DNA of 64,000 nucleotides. Origin: a virus. Lineage: Duplodnaviria > Caudoviricetes. Each line of letters opens with the position of its first letter. The stretch's first letter is position 1. Positions 9,350 to 21,433 of the stretch are shown here, piece by piece. The DNA is taken from the IMG/VR virus record IMGVR_UViG_3300031555_004524, positions 1 through 64,000 of that record; one strand, 5' to 3'. The notes below the pieces were generated by a model. The model made no database searches. It was not told where the DNA came from and saw only the letters and a list, made by a program, of their open reading frames with translations. The position numbers and the translations under genes are program-made.

Positions 9350-11083
9350 TTAAAGAGTTATATGTAAAGTGGTACCATCTAATACGAATTTTGGTCCAGC
9401 TTCTATATCATCTGGGAGATATTCTTTTTTCAATTTATATGTTGAATCAGCACCAAAACCAGAATATCCAGGTATAGTGATTTTTGAAATATATCCTTCA
9501 CTGCCCATGTCTGGAACATAAATACCTTTGTTAGCTAATGTAATTCCTTGAAGAGATATATTACTTTCTGTTGCTATAAATAGTATTGATCCTAATTCAT
9601 CTGAACCGATCGCATATAAATTAGATCCAAATGCCGTTACACCATCTGCTATTATATCCATAGTTTCAACGCCATCTGGTGTTGTAATTTCAATTGTCAT
9701 TCCATTAGCAATATCATCATATGTTATATCTGCTTCCGAAATATTGTATAACATGCCCTGTACGTTATATAATCCTGTTATATCACCGTTCCATTCTAAT
9801 GTATCAGTTCCACCAGATGTTACTTTTTCAAAAGGTTCCAACCATTTAGGTGTAATTACATAATCATTACCAGAAGAGTCAGCATAATAGAATTCAACAG
9901 TATATTCGCCATCTTCATGAATTGAACGAGTAAGCATTTGAACCATGGCTGTCAATCTCATACCAAGATTTTCGTCGCTCATAACCATAAAAATACACAA
10001 TATATCTTCTCCTGTATCAGGCATAGCCATCTCATCGTCAGGCATTAATCCCATATTTCCTAAGACGTATGCCTCTTGAGTGGTACCACTATCATCAGTA
10101 TCAGACATCAGCAACATTGGTGTTCCTTCAATATAACTACCATTCACTGCTACTTTCATATTTTTTGTAGGATCTAAGGTTGTTATCGGATCATTATAAT
10201 CCATTATTTCAACCCCTGCCATTGCAGCGTCCGTGCCCATACTTCCCATATACATAAATTCTAGAGCTAGATCTAAAGCTTTTGTATATGAAGAACCTCC
10301 AGACAAACATGGAATGAGACTCTTTTTAATTTTAGGACCGTCATATTCATTTCCCCCACCTACAGAGAACATATACCCAGGGATATATAAAGATGATGTA
10401 TATGTATAAACATATTCATCATCAGTAGTCTTACAAAAATAAATACCTTTTTTCGGGAAAATAACACCGTATAATGAGAAATTATCTGACGGAACTACCA
10501 TTATAGTCATATCAAATCTCATTAGAACTCCATCTACCACCTCCATAAATTGGCTACCATCTTCTTCTTCTGTTGTATTCTCAATAATATCATCATAATT
10601 GACATCAGTTATTCCAAAAGTATATCCATTCGCAAGATCATCCATTGTTAATACACTATTACTTACATGATATAATGCCAACGTACTATCAGGCACAGTA
10701 ATAAAAGTGTCACCATTTCCAGAAAAAGTTAATAATTCTGGAACTACAGAAGAAGCACCAGAAGATTCTAATAATCCTAATTTATTTAATGCTTCATCAG
10801 CAGTTGATGCACCAGTACCACCATTTGTTATAGGTAAAACACCTACAACCCCAGGAGTTGCATCTTCACTTCCATCAAATGAAGCGCTCATATCACTTTC
10901 TAAATCAACTAATATTTCTCTAGCATTTTTAAACTTTTCAACTGTTTTCTGTTCAGGATGAACATGATCACCTCTTGCTATAGTATCAGAAGAACCAGGT
11001 GTTTCTTCTCCAGCTATTTTTGGTAAGTCATCACAGAAGGCTAAGTCTTGATCGCTTAAATATGTTTTCATCTTATCACTCAT
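9350..11083 (-). CDS. Tail fibre-like protein with repeated modules
   Basis: ARGDHVHP and GVLPITNGGTGA fibre motifs; two ~120-aa modules ending K(K)GIY..IPGY; C-terminal FVLDGTTLHITL. Confidence 0.7.
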   Translation of the reverse strand: MSDKMKTYLSDQDLAFCDDLPKIAGEETPGSSDTIARGDHVHPEQKTVEKFKNAREILVDLESDMSASFDGSEDATPGVVGVLPITNGGTGASTADEALNKLGLLESSGASSVVPELLTFSGNGDTFITVPDSTLALYHVSNSVLTMDDLANGYTFGITDVNYDDIIENTTEEEDGSQFMEVVDGVLMRFDMTIMVVPSDNFSLYGVIFPKKGIYFCKTTDDEYVYTYTSSLYIPGYMFSVGGGNEYDGPKIKKSLIPCLSGGSSYTKALDLALEFMYMGSMGTDAAMAGVEIMDYNDPITTLDPTKNMKVAVNGSYIEGTPMLLMSDTDDSGTTQEAYVLGNMGLMPDDEMAMPDTGEDILCIFMVMSDENLGMRLTAMVQMLTRSIHEDGEYTVEFYYADSSGNDYVITPKWLEPFEKVTSGGTDTLEWNGDITGLYNVQGMLYNISEADITYDDIANGMTIEITTPDGVETMDIIADGVTAFGSNLYAIGSDELGSILFIATESNISLQGITLANKGIYVPDMGSEGYISKITIPGYSGFGADSTYKLKKEYLPDDIEAGPKFVLDGTTLHITL

Positions 11084-11120
11084 AATTATAAATTACCTCC
11101 TTTAATATGATTTAGTATTT

Positions 11121-11513
11121 TTAACCATTATTGAGTTCTTTGGCTACAATATTTCTATATACAACTGGCACTTTTTCTATTGAAACTTTTTCATCTTTAA
11201 TTTTCTGAATATAAGATTTAATGATTTGAGCAGTTATAATATTAACTTTATCTAAGTCAATATCTGGTTTATCCTCTTCAGAAATTTCAACAACATTGCC
11301 ATCTATATATTTATAATTATAACGACCAAATGTATCTTTTAATCCCTTTTTGAAATATTTTTTCTCCACCTGAATTAATTTAATAATAATATCTTCTTCA
11401 TGGATTTCAATATAATCCATTTCACTTGCATTTTTAGTAATAATAGAATTTGAGCATGAAATTACATTATTCTCAGCATCTACTTTTATATATAATTTAA
11501 TTTTAGTTAACAT
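11121..11513 (-). CDS. Tail-fibre assembly/chaperone-like protein (C-terminal CD1375/XkdX-like segment)
   Basis: GRYNYKYIDG and YIQKIKDEKVSIEKVPVVYRNIVAKEL motifs; position between fibre genes. Confidence 0.55.
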   Translation of the reverse strand: MLTKIKLYIKVDAENNVISCSNSIITKNASEMDYIEIHEEDIIIKLIQVEKKYFKKGLKDTFGRYNYKYIDGNVVEISEEDKPDIDLDKVNIITAQIIKSYIQKIKDEKVSIEKVPVVYRNIVAKELNNG

Positions 11514-11559
11514 TGGATATGTCCCCTTTCGTAATCGATTTATTATTATGTGAAAATGA

Positions 11560-11587
11560 AGAGAGATGGATTTAAATCCATCTCTCT
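11560..11587 (-). terminator. Intrinsic terminator
   Basis: AGAGAGATGGATTT/AAATCCATCTCTCT palindrome. Confidence 0.75.
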
Positions 11588-11590
11588 AAA

Positions 11591-13213
11591 TTACAGCATA
11601 ATATATGCATTGTCTGGAATTATTAATTCTGTGCTTGATTTACCCCGATAAGTTCCTTTCCAATCTGTCAGGGTATACATTCCAGTATCTTCATCATATG
11701 TGTATTCAAAATCTATTAATGCTTCCTCCATAGATTTTATATCAAGTGGAACGTCAACTGATACTGTTTCGCCCATTTCTGTATAGTATACTTCTACAGA
11801 TGTAGCATTCATTGATATATATTCATCATATGTATATTCATTAGATTCTAATATTCTATTAGTACCATCCTGATATACAGCAGATATTACCATTCCAGTT
11901 GGATCAAATTTTTCTCCCTCAATATAGTCAACTCTTGTAGGCATTGCACTAATAGCTAGACCGGCTACGCCGTCACCTCTACGAAAAGATACAAGACTTC
12001 CGTTCTGCATCTGAACAATATACTCTTCTCCAGTAATAGCATCTATCATTATGATATTTCTATATTTAACTTCCCCGATTTCATCCAATTCTTTTAAAAT
12101 ATCTTCTTTAACAGTATCAACATATTTCTTTGTAACTGGATGATAATCTTCGGTAGGAGTATACTCTTCTGTATTAGATTTAGATAATACATCTTTAATA
12201 CGAGCCAAAGTATCTGGAATATATTTTTCATCTAGAGTTTTTGTAGTTTCTTTGGAGATTTTAAGGTACGTAGCTCCACTCTCCACAAACATCATCTCAA
12301 TGAGATATAAACCAGCTTTTTCCACTGTTGTATTTACACCTAACACATCTTCTGTAAGTACATAGCCATCAGTTGGAAATCCATAAACAAATTCTATTGC
12401 TCTGTAGAACCCATCATTAAACCCATGAATCGCACTTTCAGGTATCTCTTCATAAATCGCAACCAATCCGTCTTCGATTGTATCTGCAACAGCTTTTGCT
12501 CCATACAGTTCTTCTTTTGGTACATAGTCAGCCACTCTTACAAAATTAATACCACCAACAATTTCAATTCTCTCTGCGTCATCAAAGTTTCCATCAGTCT
12601 CCAGGATTACTTTTCCATCGCTGTAAAAAGGTTTATCTTCTAAATCATTCCAACTGTGAGAGTGTTTAGGGAGATATTTTTCGTCTAATTTATGAACTGT
12701 TTCATTTATTGAATGTACTGAAACTGTATGTTCATCTGTATTACCATCTGAAAAAGCTAATACTGCTATAGCAGACATATTATTACCAGTCATAATACCA
12801 AATACAAATGGTAAGTTATCATATTTAGGATTAAGATCTTGGTCAAATTCTCCATAATAATGTGTCATTTGTTGGTTACCTGAAATAGTACTTACGCATT
12901 GTATATTCTCATACTTAACTCCATCAATATAAATATTTACAGGTTCATTATTCACAGGCATATTAGATATAGTAATACTTGTTGGATTAAAATTACTATC
13001 CCAACCAGAAATAATTGTTGCATTTTCAACAATAGATCCATTATCTTCATACACTAAATAGTGTGTTTTATTTTTAATGAAACCAGGAGCAGTTGCATTG
13101 CTTTGATTCCAATCAGATTGCTGTTCATTTAAACTAGGCAGATTGGCTAAAGATTTATAGTCGATCGGTTTAGGGCCATCTGCCGTCATTATGCTTTTAA
13201 TATAATCAGCCAT
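11591..13213 (-). CDS. Tail fibre-like protein with bacterial Ig-like domain, ending in an LRR N-cap
   Basis: QSDWNQ..FIKNK, KLDEKYLP, HSWNDLEDKP, YHPVTKKYVD fibre motifs; PTRVDYIEGEKFDPTGM (Big-like). Confidence 0.7.
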   Translation of the reverse strand: MADYIKSIMTADGPKPIDYKSLANLPSLNEQQSDWNQSNATAPGFIKNKTHYLVYEDNGSIVENATIISGWDSNFNPTSITISNMPVNNEPVNIYIDGVKYENIQCVSTISGNQQMTHYYGEFDQDLNPKYDNLPFVFGIMTGNNMSAIAVLAFSDGNTDEHTVSVHSINETVHKLDEKYLPKHSHSWNDLEDKPFYSDGKVILETDGNFDDAERIEIVGGINFVRVADYVPKEELYGAKAVADTIEDGLVAIYEEIPESAIHGFNDGFYRAIEFVYGFPTDGYVLTEDVLGVNTTVEKAGLYLIEMMFVESGATYLKISKETTKTLDEKYIPDTLARIKDVLSKSNTEEYTPTEDYHPVTKKYVDTVKEDILKELDEIGEVKYRNIIMIDAITGEEYIVQMQNGSLVSFRRGDGVAGLAISAMPTRVDYIEGEKFDPTGMVISAVYQDGTNRILESNEYTYDEYISMNATSVEVYYTEMGETVSVDVPLDIKSMEEALIDFEYTYDEDTGMYTLTDWKGTYRGKSSTELIIPDNAYIML

Positions 13214-13302
13214 AATTAATTTCTATCTCCTTTCCATTAAACTGGGTATTTAATAATATGTGAATAGAAACCATATTTAAGGCGTTTTAATCATAAAATC
13301 AA

Positions 13303-13330
13303 GGAGAGAGTATTACACAATACTCTCTCC
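13303..13330 (-). terminator. Intrinsic terminator
   Basis: GGAGAGAGTATT/AATACTCTCTCC stem. Confidence 0.75.
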
Positions 13331-13333
13331 AAT

Positions 13334-13978
13334 TTATTCTACAGTTAAAACACCTTCACTTGATAACAAAGCTGTTTCTCCAAACATTAATACTCCATCG
13401 TCTGATAATACAGGATTTCTATTCACTGGAATAATTTTTCCTGTAAGATCAACCCCAAGAATAGTTCCATAAAATTCTTCAGTGAGAGTACTATCTAATT
13501 TTTTAGCTAATGCATCACCTGTTGCTTTTGCATCGGCTGCTTTACCTTGAACTGATAATGTATCATCTAAAGCAATAATTTCAATATCAGTTAAAGTTTC
13601 GATACCATTACCCAATGTTAATGTAATTTTTCCATCTGTAACGCCCATATTTTTAATATATGTGCTTGCAATATCCTGCCCGAGACTGTCTTTTGCTCCA
13701 AGTGGGTTCCAGCTAGTTCCATCATAGAATTGAAATTCTCTTGTGTCAGTGATGAAATATATTCCGTTTGTGATTGGAGTAATAGTTGATTTCTCGGCAG
13801 AAGTTATTTTATAAAGATTGGATACCTGAATACGAACGGTATCAGTAATATCAAGGAAAATTTTTCCAGTATCCATTGTGTAAATAACTTGACCTTCTTT
13901 AATAGTCAAAGCATTTACCTGATATTCATATAATTTATAATGTTTAACTCTTGCCATAGTATTTGCCACCACTTTCAA
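13334..13978 (-). CDS. Fibre adaptor-like structural protein
   Basis: GQVIYTMDTGKIFLD, GIYFITDT..YDGTSW and DDTLSVQGKAADAKATGD motifs typical of Firmicute phage fibres; start uncertain. Confidence 0.6.
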   Translation of the reverse strand: MKVVANTMARVKHYKLYEYQVNALTIKEGQVIYTMDTGKIFLDITDTVRIQVSNLYKITSAEKSTITPITNGIYFITDTREFQFYDGTSWNPLGAKDSLGQDIASTYIKNMGVTDGKITLTLGNGIETLTDIEIIALDDTLSVQGKAADAKATGDALAKKLDSTLTEEFYGTILGVDLTGKIIPVNRNPVLSDDGVLMFGETALLSSEGVLTVE

Positions 13979-14045
13979 CTTAAAATATCAGGAGGAGGAA
14001 AGATTACACCTCCTCCTCCTATAATATTGTTAGTTTATTAGAATA

Positions 14046-15197
14046 TTATTCCATTGTTCCCCAAGACATAGCAGCTTCTACCTGTTCATCTACATAAGCT
14101 TTAGCATCTTCTAATGCTTTATCAGCTTTTTCTGTAGCGTCAGCTTTAGCCAGTGCAAGAACACCTGTTTCTTCATTGTTAATAGCAGCGATATCATCTG
14201 CATTTTTCTTAACTGCAGCATCGTTAGCTTCTTTGTATGCATTTAATGCATCTTCAACAGCTTTAGCTGAACCAGCAGCATCGAAGTCAGCTGCTTCCAT
14301 AAATGCAGCACTCTTAAGACCTGTTACCTGAACATCTGCACCTCTAACAGCGATTGCACCATTAGCAGCACCAGCTGTAATATCAGCAACCTGAAGAGCA
14401 GAATCAGCTTTACCTAAAGAAGCCTGAACGTTAACATCGAGTTTAGCTAATGTTACGTTAGCGTCAGCGATTTTAGCTGTAACAACAGCAGCGTCAGCTA
14501 ATTCTGTAGTTCCAACAGAACCAGCAACGATTGTTGCGCTAATTTCGCGACCAACCATAGATAACTGTACCTGAGCAGCGTTAGCCTGTACAGTATAGAT
14601 ATCAACAAGTGTACCAACGTTTACATAGATCTTATCTTCTGTAGCGTTAGCAAGTGTAATTTCAAGATATGTACCAGCTGGCTGTCCTTCTGGATTTTCA
14701 ACAACCTGACCAGATTTAACTACCATATCTTTTGGAATGTTTACTGCACCAATTGCAGCACCATTCTGTTTAAATGTATAAACTTTTGCGTAATCTGAAG
14801 ATTCAGATTCTTCAATTGTTACGATACCAGCAGAACCTGTAGTTCCGATTAATGTCTTTAATTCGTTGATAGCAGAAACTACATTAGTTTTTTCTACTGT
14901 TTCTAATGCAGTAACATCACCAAGCTGAGCCTGAAGTTCAGCTTTAGCGTCTTCTACCATCTTAGCTACTGAGCCTTCTCCATCACTTGTGAGAACTGCT
15001 AATGTTTCGTTAATTGTAACGATAGCCTGTTCATTTTCAGCAACGCGAGCTACTGCGTCTGCAAGATCAGCAGCGTTAGAAAGTTTAATACTTCCAAGAT
15101 ATAAATCTGTATTGTCAATAAAATAGAAAGTATCCACAACTGGAGTTGTGAGAGCTGCGTACTGAGCAGCTGTACCTTTTAAGAATTTAACTGCCAT
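14046..15197 (-). CDS. Fibre/whisker-like coiled-coil structural protein
   Basis: N-terminal VKFLKGTAAQY..FYF..DLYLG; IPKDMVV; Ala-rich heptads; codon usage like the capsid gene. Confidence 0.65.
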   Translation of the reverse strand: MAVKFLKGTAAQYAALTTPVVDTFYFIDNTDLYLGSIKLSNAADLADAVARVAENEQAIVTINETLAVLTSDGEGSVAKMVEDAKAELQAQLGDVTALETVEKTNVVSAINELKTLIGTTGSAGIVTIEESESSDYAKVYTFKQNGAAIGAVNIPKDMVVKSGQVVENPEGQPAGTYLEITLANATEDKIYVNVGTLVDIYTVQANAAQVQLSMVGREISATIVAGSVGTTELADAAVVTAKIADANVTLAKLDVNVQASLGKADSALQVADITAGAANGAIAVRGADVQVTGLKSAAFMEAADFDAAGSAKAVEDALNAYKEANDAAVKKNADDIAAINNEETGVLALAKADATEKADKALEDAKAYVDEQVEAAMSWGTME

Positions 15198-15264
15198 TTT
15201 AAATAGCCTCCTTTTAAAAATTTTCTTATTACAATGTTAAAATGAATTATGGTCATCTTTTATA

Positions 15265-17454
<2,190 letters not shown>

Positions 17455-17542
17455 TTTATGTATAAACTCCTTTCGATAGTTATTTATCTAAAATGATATT
17501 TAATTTAATGTGAATTTCATTTTATAGATATTATGTTAAATA

Positions 17543-17571
17543 AGAGGTATAGGGATTATCCCTATACCTCT
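17543..17571 (-). terminator. Intrinsic terminator
   Basis: AGAGGTATAGGGA/TCCCTATACCTCT stem. Confidence 0.75.
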
Positions 17572-17580
17572 ATTATTTTA

Positions 17581-20500
17581 TTAAGCCATTAAGCTTGATA
17601 AATTTACTGTATATGTAACAACATCGCCATTCATATATACTAATGAAGACCCTTCAATAACAACATCTGTAAATTTGATAGGAGCTTTTGTTAAGTTAAG
17701 ATTCATAGCATCATTATCAGCAATAACTCCTGCTACATAAGTACCAGAAACTTTTTCATTACTTGTAACTCCGCCATTTCTTCCAGGAATGATAGAAGCA
17801 ATTTTACCTCCATTTACATGAAGCTCTGATTTACAATAAACAGCTGTACAAGTATCATCTTCTTCAGCTCCAGCGATTAAACTTTCAATTTCTCCGCCTT
17901 CTACTGTAATAGAAATATTATTAATTGTACCTCTACTGCATCCATCTGCAACTTTAACTTTTCCTCCATTAATAATCATTTCTCCAGATTCAACGTTACC
18001 ATTTGAACCTGCTGGTGTGATCCACTGAACTTCCCCACCGTTCATTACCACTTTTGTAGTTCCAGCTGTTGTTAAACCATTAATACCAGCTCCATATACT
18101 GCAACTATTGCAGCTTCTGTATCATTAATGATTACGTCTGTGCATCCTACAAGTGATTTATAGTGAACGTTTCCATAATATCCAACTCCAGCTCCACCAA
18201 CACCAGTAATTGTACCTCCATTTATAACAATAGATGCGTGCCCCATAGTACCATTGCCCAAAGAGCCACCAATTACTCTCTTGATTTTACCACTATAAAC
18301 TGTAAGGCTTCCTGCTGGATAGTATACTACTCTTTCTCTACCATCCCCTCCACCATATACATCTCCACCTTCTGGGAAGACTATAGATTTACAAGTTTTA
18401 GAGTCTCTATCGACATTCCATTCTGCTCTCACATAACCGTCTTTGTCAGCATGGAAATCTACATGTACACCACATGCAAAGAATGCTTTGATTTCTTCAT
18501 CATAATATGGAACGGCTGGTAAATCTCCAAGAACTTTAACAAGGTTCATCTCTTCAGCAACTTTTGTAAATGCGTCTGATAATACTCCATCTCTGAATGT
18601 ACCAGAAACACATGATACATCAGCAACACCGTTATTCTGACCAGCACCAAGTTTTGTAACTACTGTTCCACCATTGATATAGAGTTCCGCTTTATTATAT
18701 GCTGCTGTAGCAGCTCCTGCATATAATCTATCAATTGTTCCACCATTTACAGTAATTTTAGCATCACCAAGTTTACCATTATTACCAGCCTGAGCTACAG
18801 TAATTTCTCCACCATTGATAACTAATTCTGCAATTCCAGTATAACCATTTGATCCACCTGCAACTGCGAATTCCATTTTACCACCATTGATTGTAGTATG
18901 AGCATGATTTGTAACTCCGAGACCATTACATCCTGCACCATATACTGCTGTTTCATTGAGATTTTCATTATCATTTACAATAACTTCTGCATATCCAACT
19001 GTATTGTTATAGTATACACCATTAAGATGAGCAATACCGCCGCCAGCAATAGCAGAACATGATCCGCCATTAACTACAACTAATGTGTGTCCTACTGTAC
19101 CATGTCCAAGCGAACCACCATTGAGACGTTTAACGAGACCGCTATTAACTGTTACACTACCTGCTGCATAGTGTACAGGATTTTCTAATCCATTTCCGCC
19201 ACCATAGATATCTGTATTTTCTGGGAATACTAATGATTTCTGTAATTTTCCACCATTTTCATCCCATACAGCTTTAAGTGTACCAGCCTCTTCACCAGCA
19301 TAGATTTCAACATGTGTTCCGCATGCAAAGAATGCTTTAATTTCTTCATCAAAGTATGGTTCATGTGGCATTTTAGCACATACCGTATCTACCATTTCTT
19401 TTTTATCTTCTTCTGTAAAGTAGTCTGTTCCTTTTACAGGTGTATATCCATCTAAACCTTTTGGACCCTGATCACCTTTAAGACCCTGAGGACCCATTGG
19501 ACCTGTTGGTCCTACTTCACCCTGTGGACCCTGGATACCCTGTGGACCCATTGGACCAGTTTCACCCTGATCGCCTTTATCGCCTTTTTCGCCCTGGATA
19601 CCCTGAGGACCCATTGGGCCTACTTCACCCTGTGGACCTGCTTCTCCAGTTTCACCTTTTTCACCCTGGATTCCCTGCGGGCCCATTGGACCAGTTTCAC
19701 CCTGATCACCTTTATCACCTTTTTCACCCTGTGGACCTACTGGACCCTGTTCGCCAGTTTCGCCTTTAAGACCCTGTGGACCCATTGGACCTACTTCGCC
19801 TTGTTCTCCCTGAGGACCCTGAATACCCTGTGGACCTACTTCACCCTGGATACCTTGAATACCCTGGATACCCTGTTCTCCCTGTGGACCCTGGATACCT
19901 GCTGCTCCAGATAAGTCAACAACAAATGCAAATCCTTCAGCTACTCTAATGTATAATTTAGCATTATCTTCATCTTCTACATGGCTGCAAATAAGAACAA
20001 ATTCGCCGATTTTAACATTATCTTTATCAGCTTCCATAGCAGCTACAGAAGTATATGTATTAGCAACAGAGAATGGGTCACCTTTATCACCTTTTTCGCC
20101 CTGGATACCCTGTTCACCCTGGATACCCTGTGGACCTACTTCTCCCTGAAGACCCTGAACACCCTGGATACCACGTTCTCCCTGGTCTCCTTTGTCACCT
20201 TTATCTCCTTTATCACCTTTTTCACCCTGTGGACCCATTGGACCTGTTGGTCCTACTTCACCCTGTGGACCCTGGATACCCTGTTCACCCTGGATACCCT
20301 GTTCGCCCTGAGGACCCATTGGACCTACTTCGCCCTGTGGACCTACTTCCCCAGTTTCACCTTTTTCGCCCTGGATTCCCTGAGGACCCTGAATACCTGT
20401 CATGCCTGATAAATCTACTACAAATTTAAATTCATCTGCACCTTTAACGTATAATTTAGCATTGTCTTCATCTTCTACATTACTGCTAATAAGAACAAAT

Positions 20501-20955
20501 TTTCCTTCAGCAATATTAGCGACATCTGCATTCATTTCTTCAACAGAAGCATATACTTTCTCTACAGCAAAAGGAGCACCAGCAGCACCAGTTTCACCTT
20601 TTTCACCTTTTTCACCTTTAGCTCCTGTTTCACCTTTTTCTCCCTTTTCACCTTTAACTCCCTGGATACCCTGAACACCCTGGATACCCTGAACACCCTG
20701 AGGTCCCTGAGGGATAGAAAAATTAATTTTTCTAGTACCCTGTTCTGCATCAAATTCAGTTGTTACTGCAGCTTCTGAAGCATCAGCTACAATTTTAACT
20801 TCACCTACAGAAATATCAGCACTATTAAGTTTAACCTGTTCTTCTAAATGTTCCATATGGGCTACTGTAAGAACAGCGTTGTTAGCTTTATTTTCTTCAA
20901 ATGTTTTTGTATTATCATATGCGTTATATTTATTTGGAGTATAGTTATAAGCCAT
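17581..20955 (-). CDS. Collagen-like fibre protein 1 (1124 aa)
   Basis: Three Gly-X-Y segments separated by two copies of a ~58-aa domain ([16 protein letters not shown]); two tandem [13 protein letters not shown] beta-helix-like domains. Confidence 0.88.
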   Translation of the reverse strand: MAYNYTPNKYNAYDNTKTFEENKANNAVLTVAHMEHLEEQVKLNSADISVGEVKIVADASEAAVTTEFDAEQGTRKINFSIPQGPQGVQGIQGVQGIQGVKGEKGEKGETGAKGEKGEKGETGAAGAPFAVEKVYASVEEMNADVANIAEGKFVLISSNVEDEDNAKLYVKGADEFKFVVDLSGMTGIQGPQGIQGEKGETGEVGPQGEVGPMGPQGEQGIQGEQGIQGPQGEVGPTGPMGPQGEKGDKGDKGDKGDQGERGIQGVQGLQGEVGPQGIQGEQGIQGEKGDKGDPFSVANTYTSVAAMEADKDNVKIGEFVLICSHVEDEDNAKLYIRVAEGFAFVVDLSGAAGIQGPQGEQGIQGIQGIQGEVGPQGIQGPQGEQGEVGPMGPQGLKGETGEQGPVGPQGEKGDKGDQGETGPMGPQGIQGEKGETGEAGPQGEVGPMGPQGIQGEKGDKGDQGETGPMGPQGIQGPQGEVGPTGPMGPQGLKGDQGPKGLDGYTPVKGTDYFTEEDKKEMVDTVCAKMPHEPYFDEEIKAFFACGTHVEIYAGEEAGTLKAVWDENGGKLQKSLVFPENTDIYGGGNGLENPVHYAAGSVTVNSGLVKRLNGGSLGHGTVGHTLVVVNGGSCSAIAGGGIAHLNGVYYNNTVGYAEVIVNDNENLNETAVYGAGCNGLGVTNHAHTTINGGKMEFAVAGGSNGYTGIAELVINGGEITVAQAGNNGKLGDAKITVNGGTIDRLYAGAATAAYNKAELYINGGTVVTKLGAGQNNGVADVSCVSGTFRDGVLSDAFTKVAEEMNLVKVLGDLPAVPYYDEEIKAFFACGVHVDFHADKDGYVRAEWNVDRDSKTCKSIVFPEGGDVYGGGDGRERVVYYPAGSLTVYSGKIKRVIGGSLGNGTMGHASIVINGGTITGVGGAGVGYYGNVHYKSLVGCTDVIINDTEAAIVAVYGAGINGLTTAGTTKVVMNGGEVQWITPAGSNGNVESGEMIINGGKVKVADGCSRGTINNISITVEGGEIESLIAGAEEDDTCTAVYCKSELHVNGGKIASIIPGRNGGVTSNEKVSGTYVAGVIADNDAMNLNLTKAPIKFTDVVIEGSSLVYMNGDVVTYTVNLSSLMA

Positions 20956-20994
20956 TATACTAATCCTACCTTTCTTTTAATTATTATTTAGTTT

Positions 20995-21339
20995 TTATTC
21001 ATAAAAGCGCGCGAGATCATATCCGCCAGTTTCAAATCCAGTAACATCATGTGTTACTAGACCTTCCATACCTTCATCTGGGATAATAGGATCAGTTGCA
21101 CTTCCAAGAGCTTCGTCTGAATTGTCATCATTGAAATTCTCTTTATCTAATAGAATCTCACTGTTATCTTCAAGAACTTCATATACATCTGCATAGTTTA
21201 ATGCACGAATGACTTCTTTACGGTTTAATTCTAATACTATTTCTTCATGAATACGATCAGGAAGAATATCAGGTACACCTATATCAAACTTAGGTATAAT
21301 TCTTACCTTTTTTGTTGCTGTAAAACTACCTGTATGCAT
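20995..21339 (-). CDS. Hypothetical (probable virion) protein
   Basis: 114-aa ORF with AAGGAG RBS and late promoter at 21364-21375. Confidence 0.75.
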   Translation of the reverse strand: MHTGSFTATKKVRIIPKFDIGVPDILPDRIHEEIVLELNRKEVIRALNYADVYEVLEDNSEILLDKENFNDDNSDEALGSATDPIIPDEGMEGLVTHDVTGFETGGYDLARFYE

Positions 21340-21393
21340 TTACACTTCTCCTTTCAATATATTTAATATAATGTGAATTTAGTCAAAGTAATA

Positions 21394-21422
21394 ATGAGAG
21401 ATGGTATTTTACCATCTCTCAT
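21394..21422 (-). terminator. Intrinsic terminator
   Basis: ATGAGAGATGGTA/TACCATCTCTCAT stem. Confidence 0.7.
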
Positions 21423-21433
21423 CTTTTATTTAT

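Noticed and set aside
19497-20753. Antisense and alternate-frame ORFs over collagen and repeat genes (also 7691-8533, 21864-22489, 24547-24910)
   Set aside because: Shadows of repetitive coding sequence, with no RBS.
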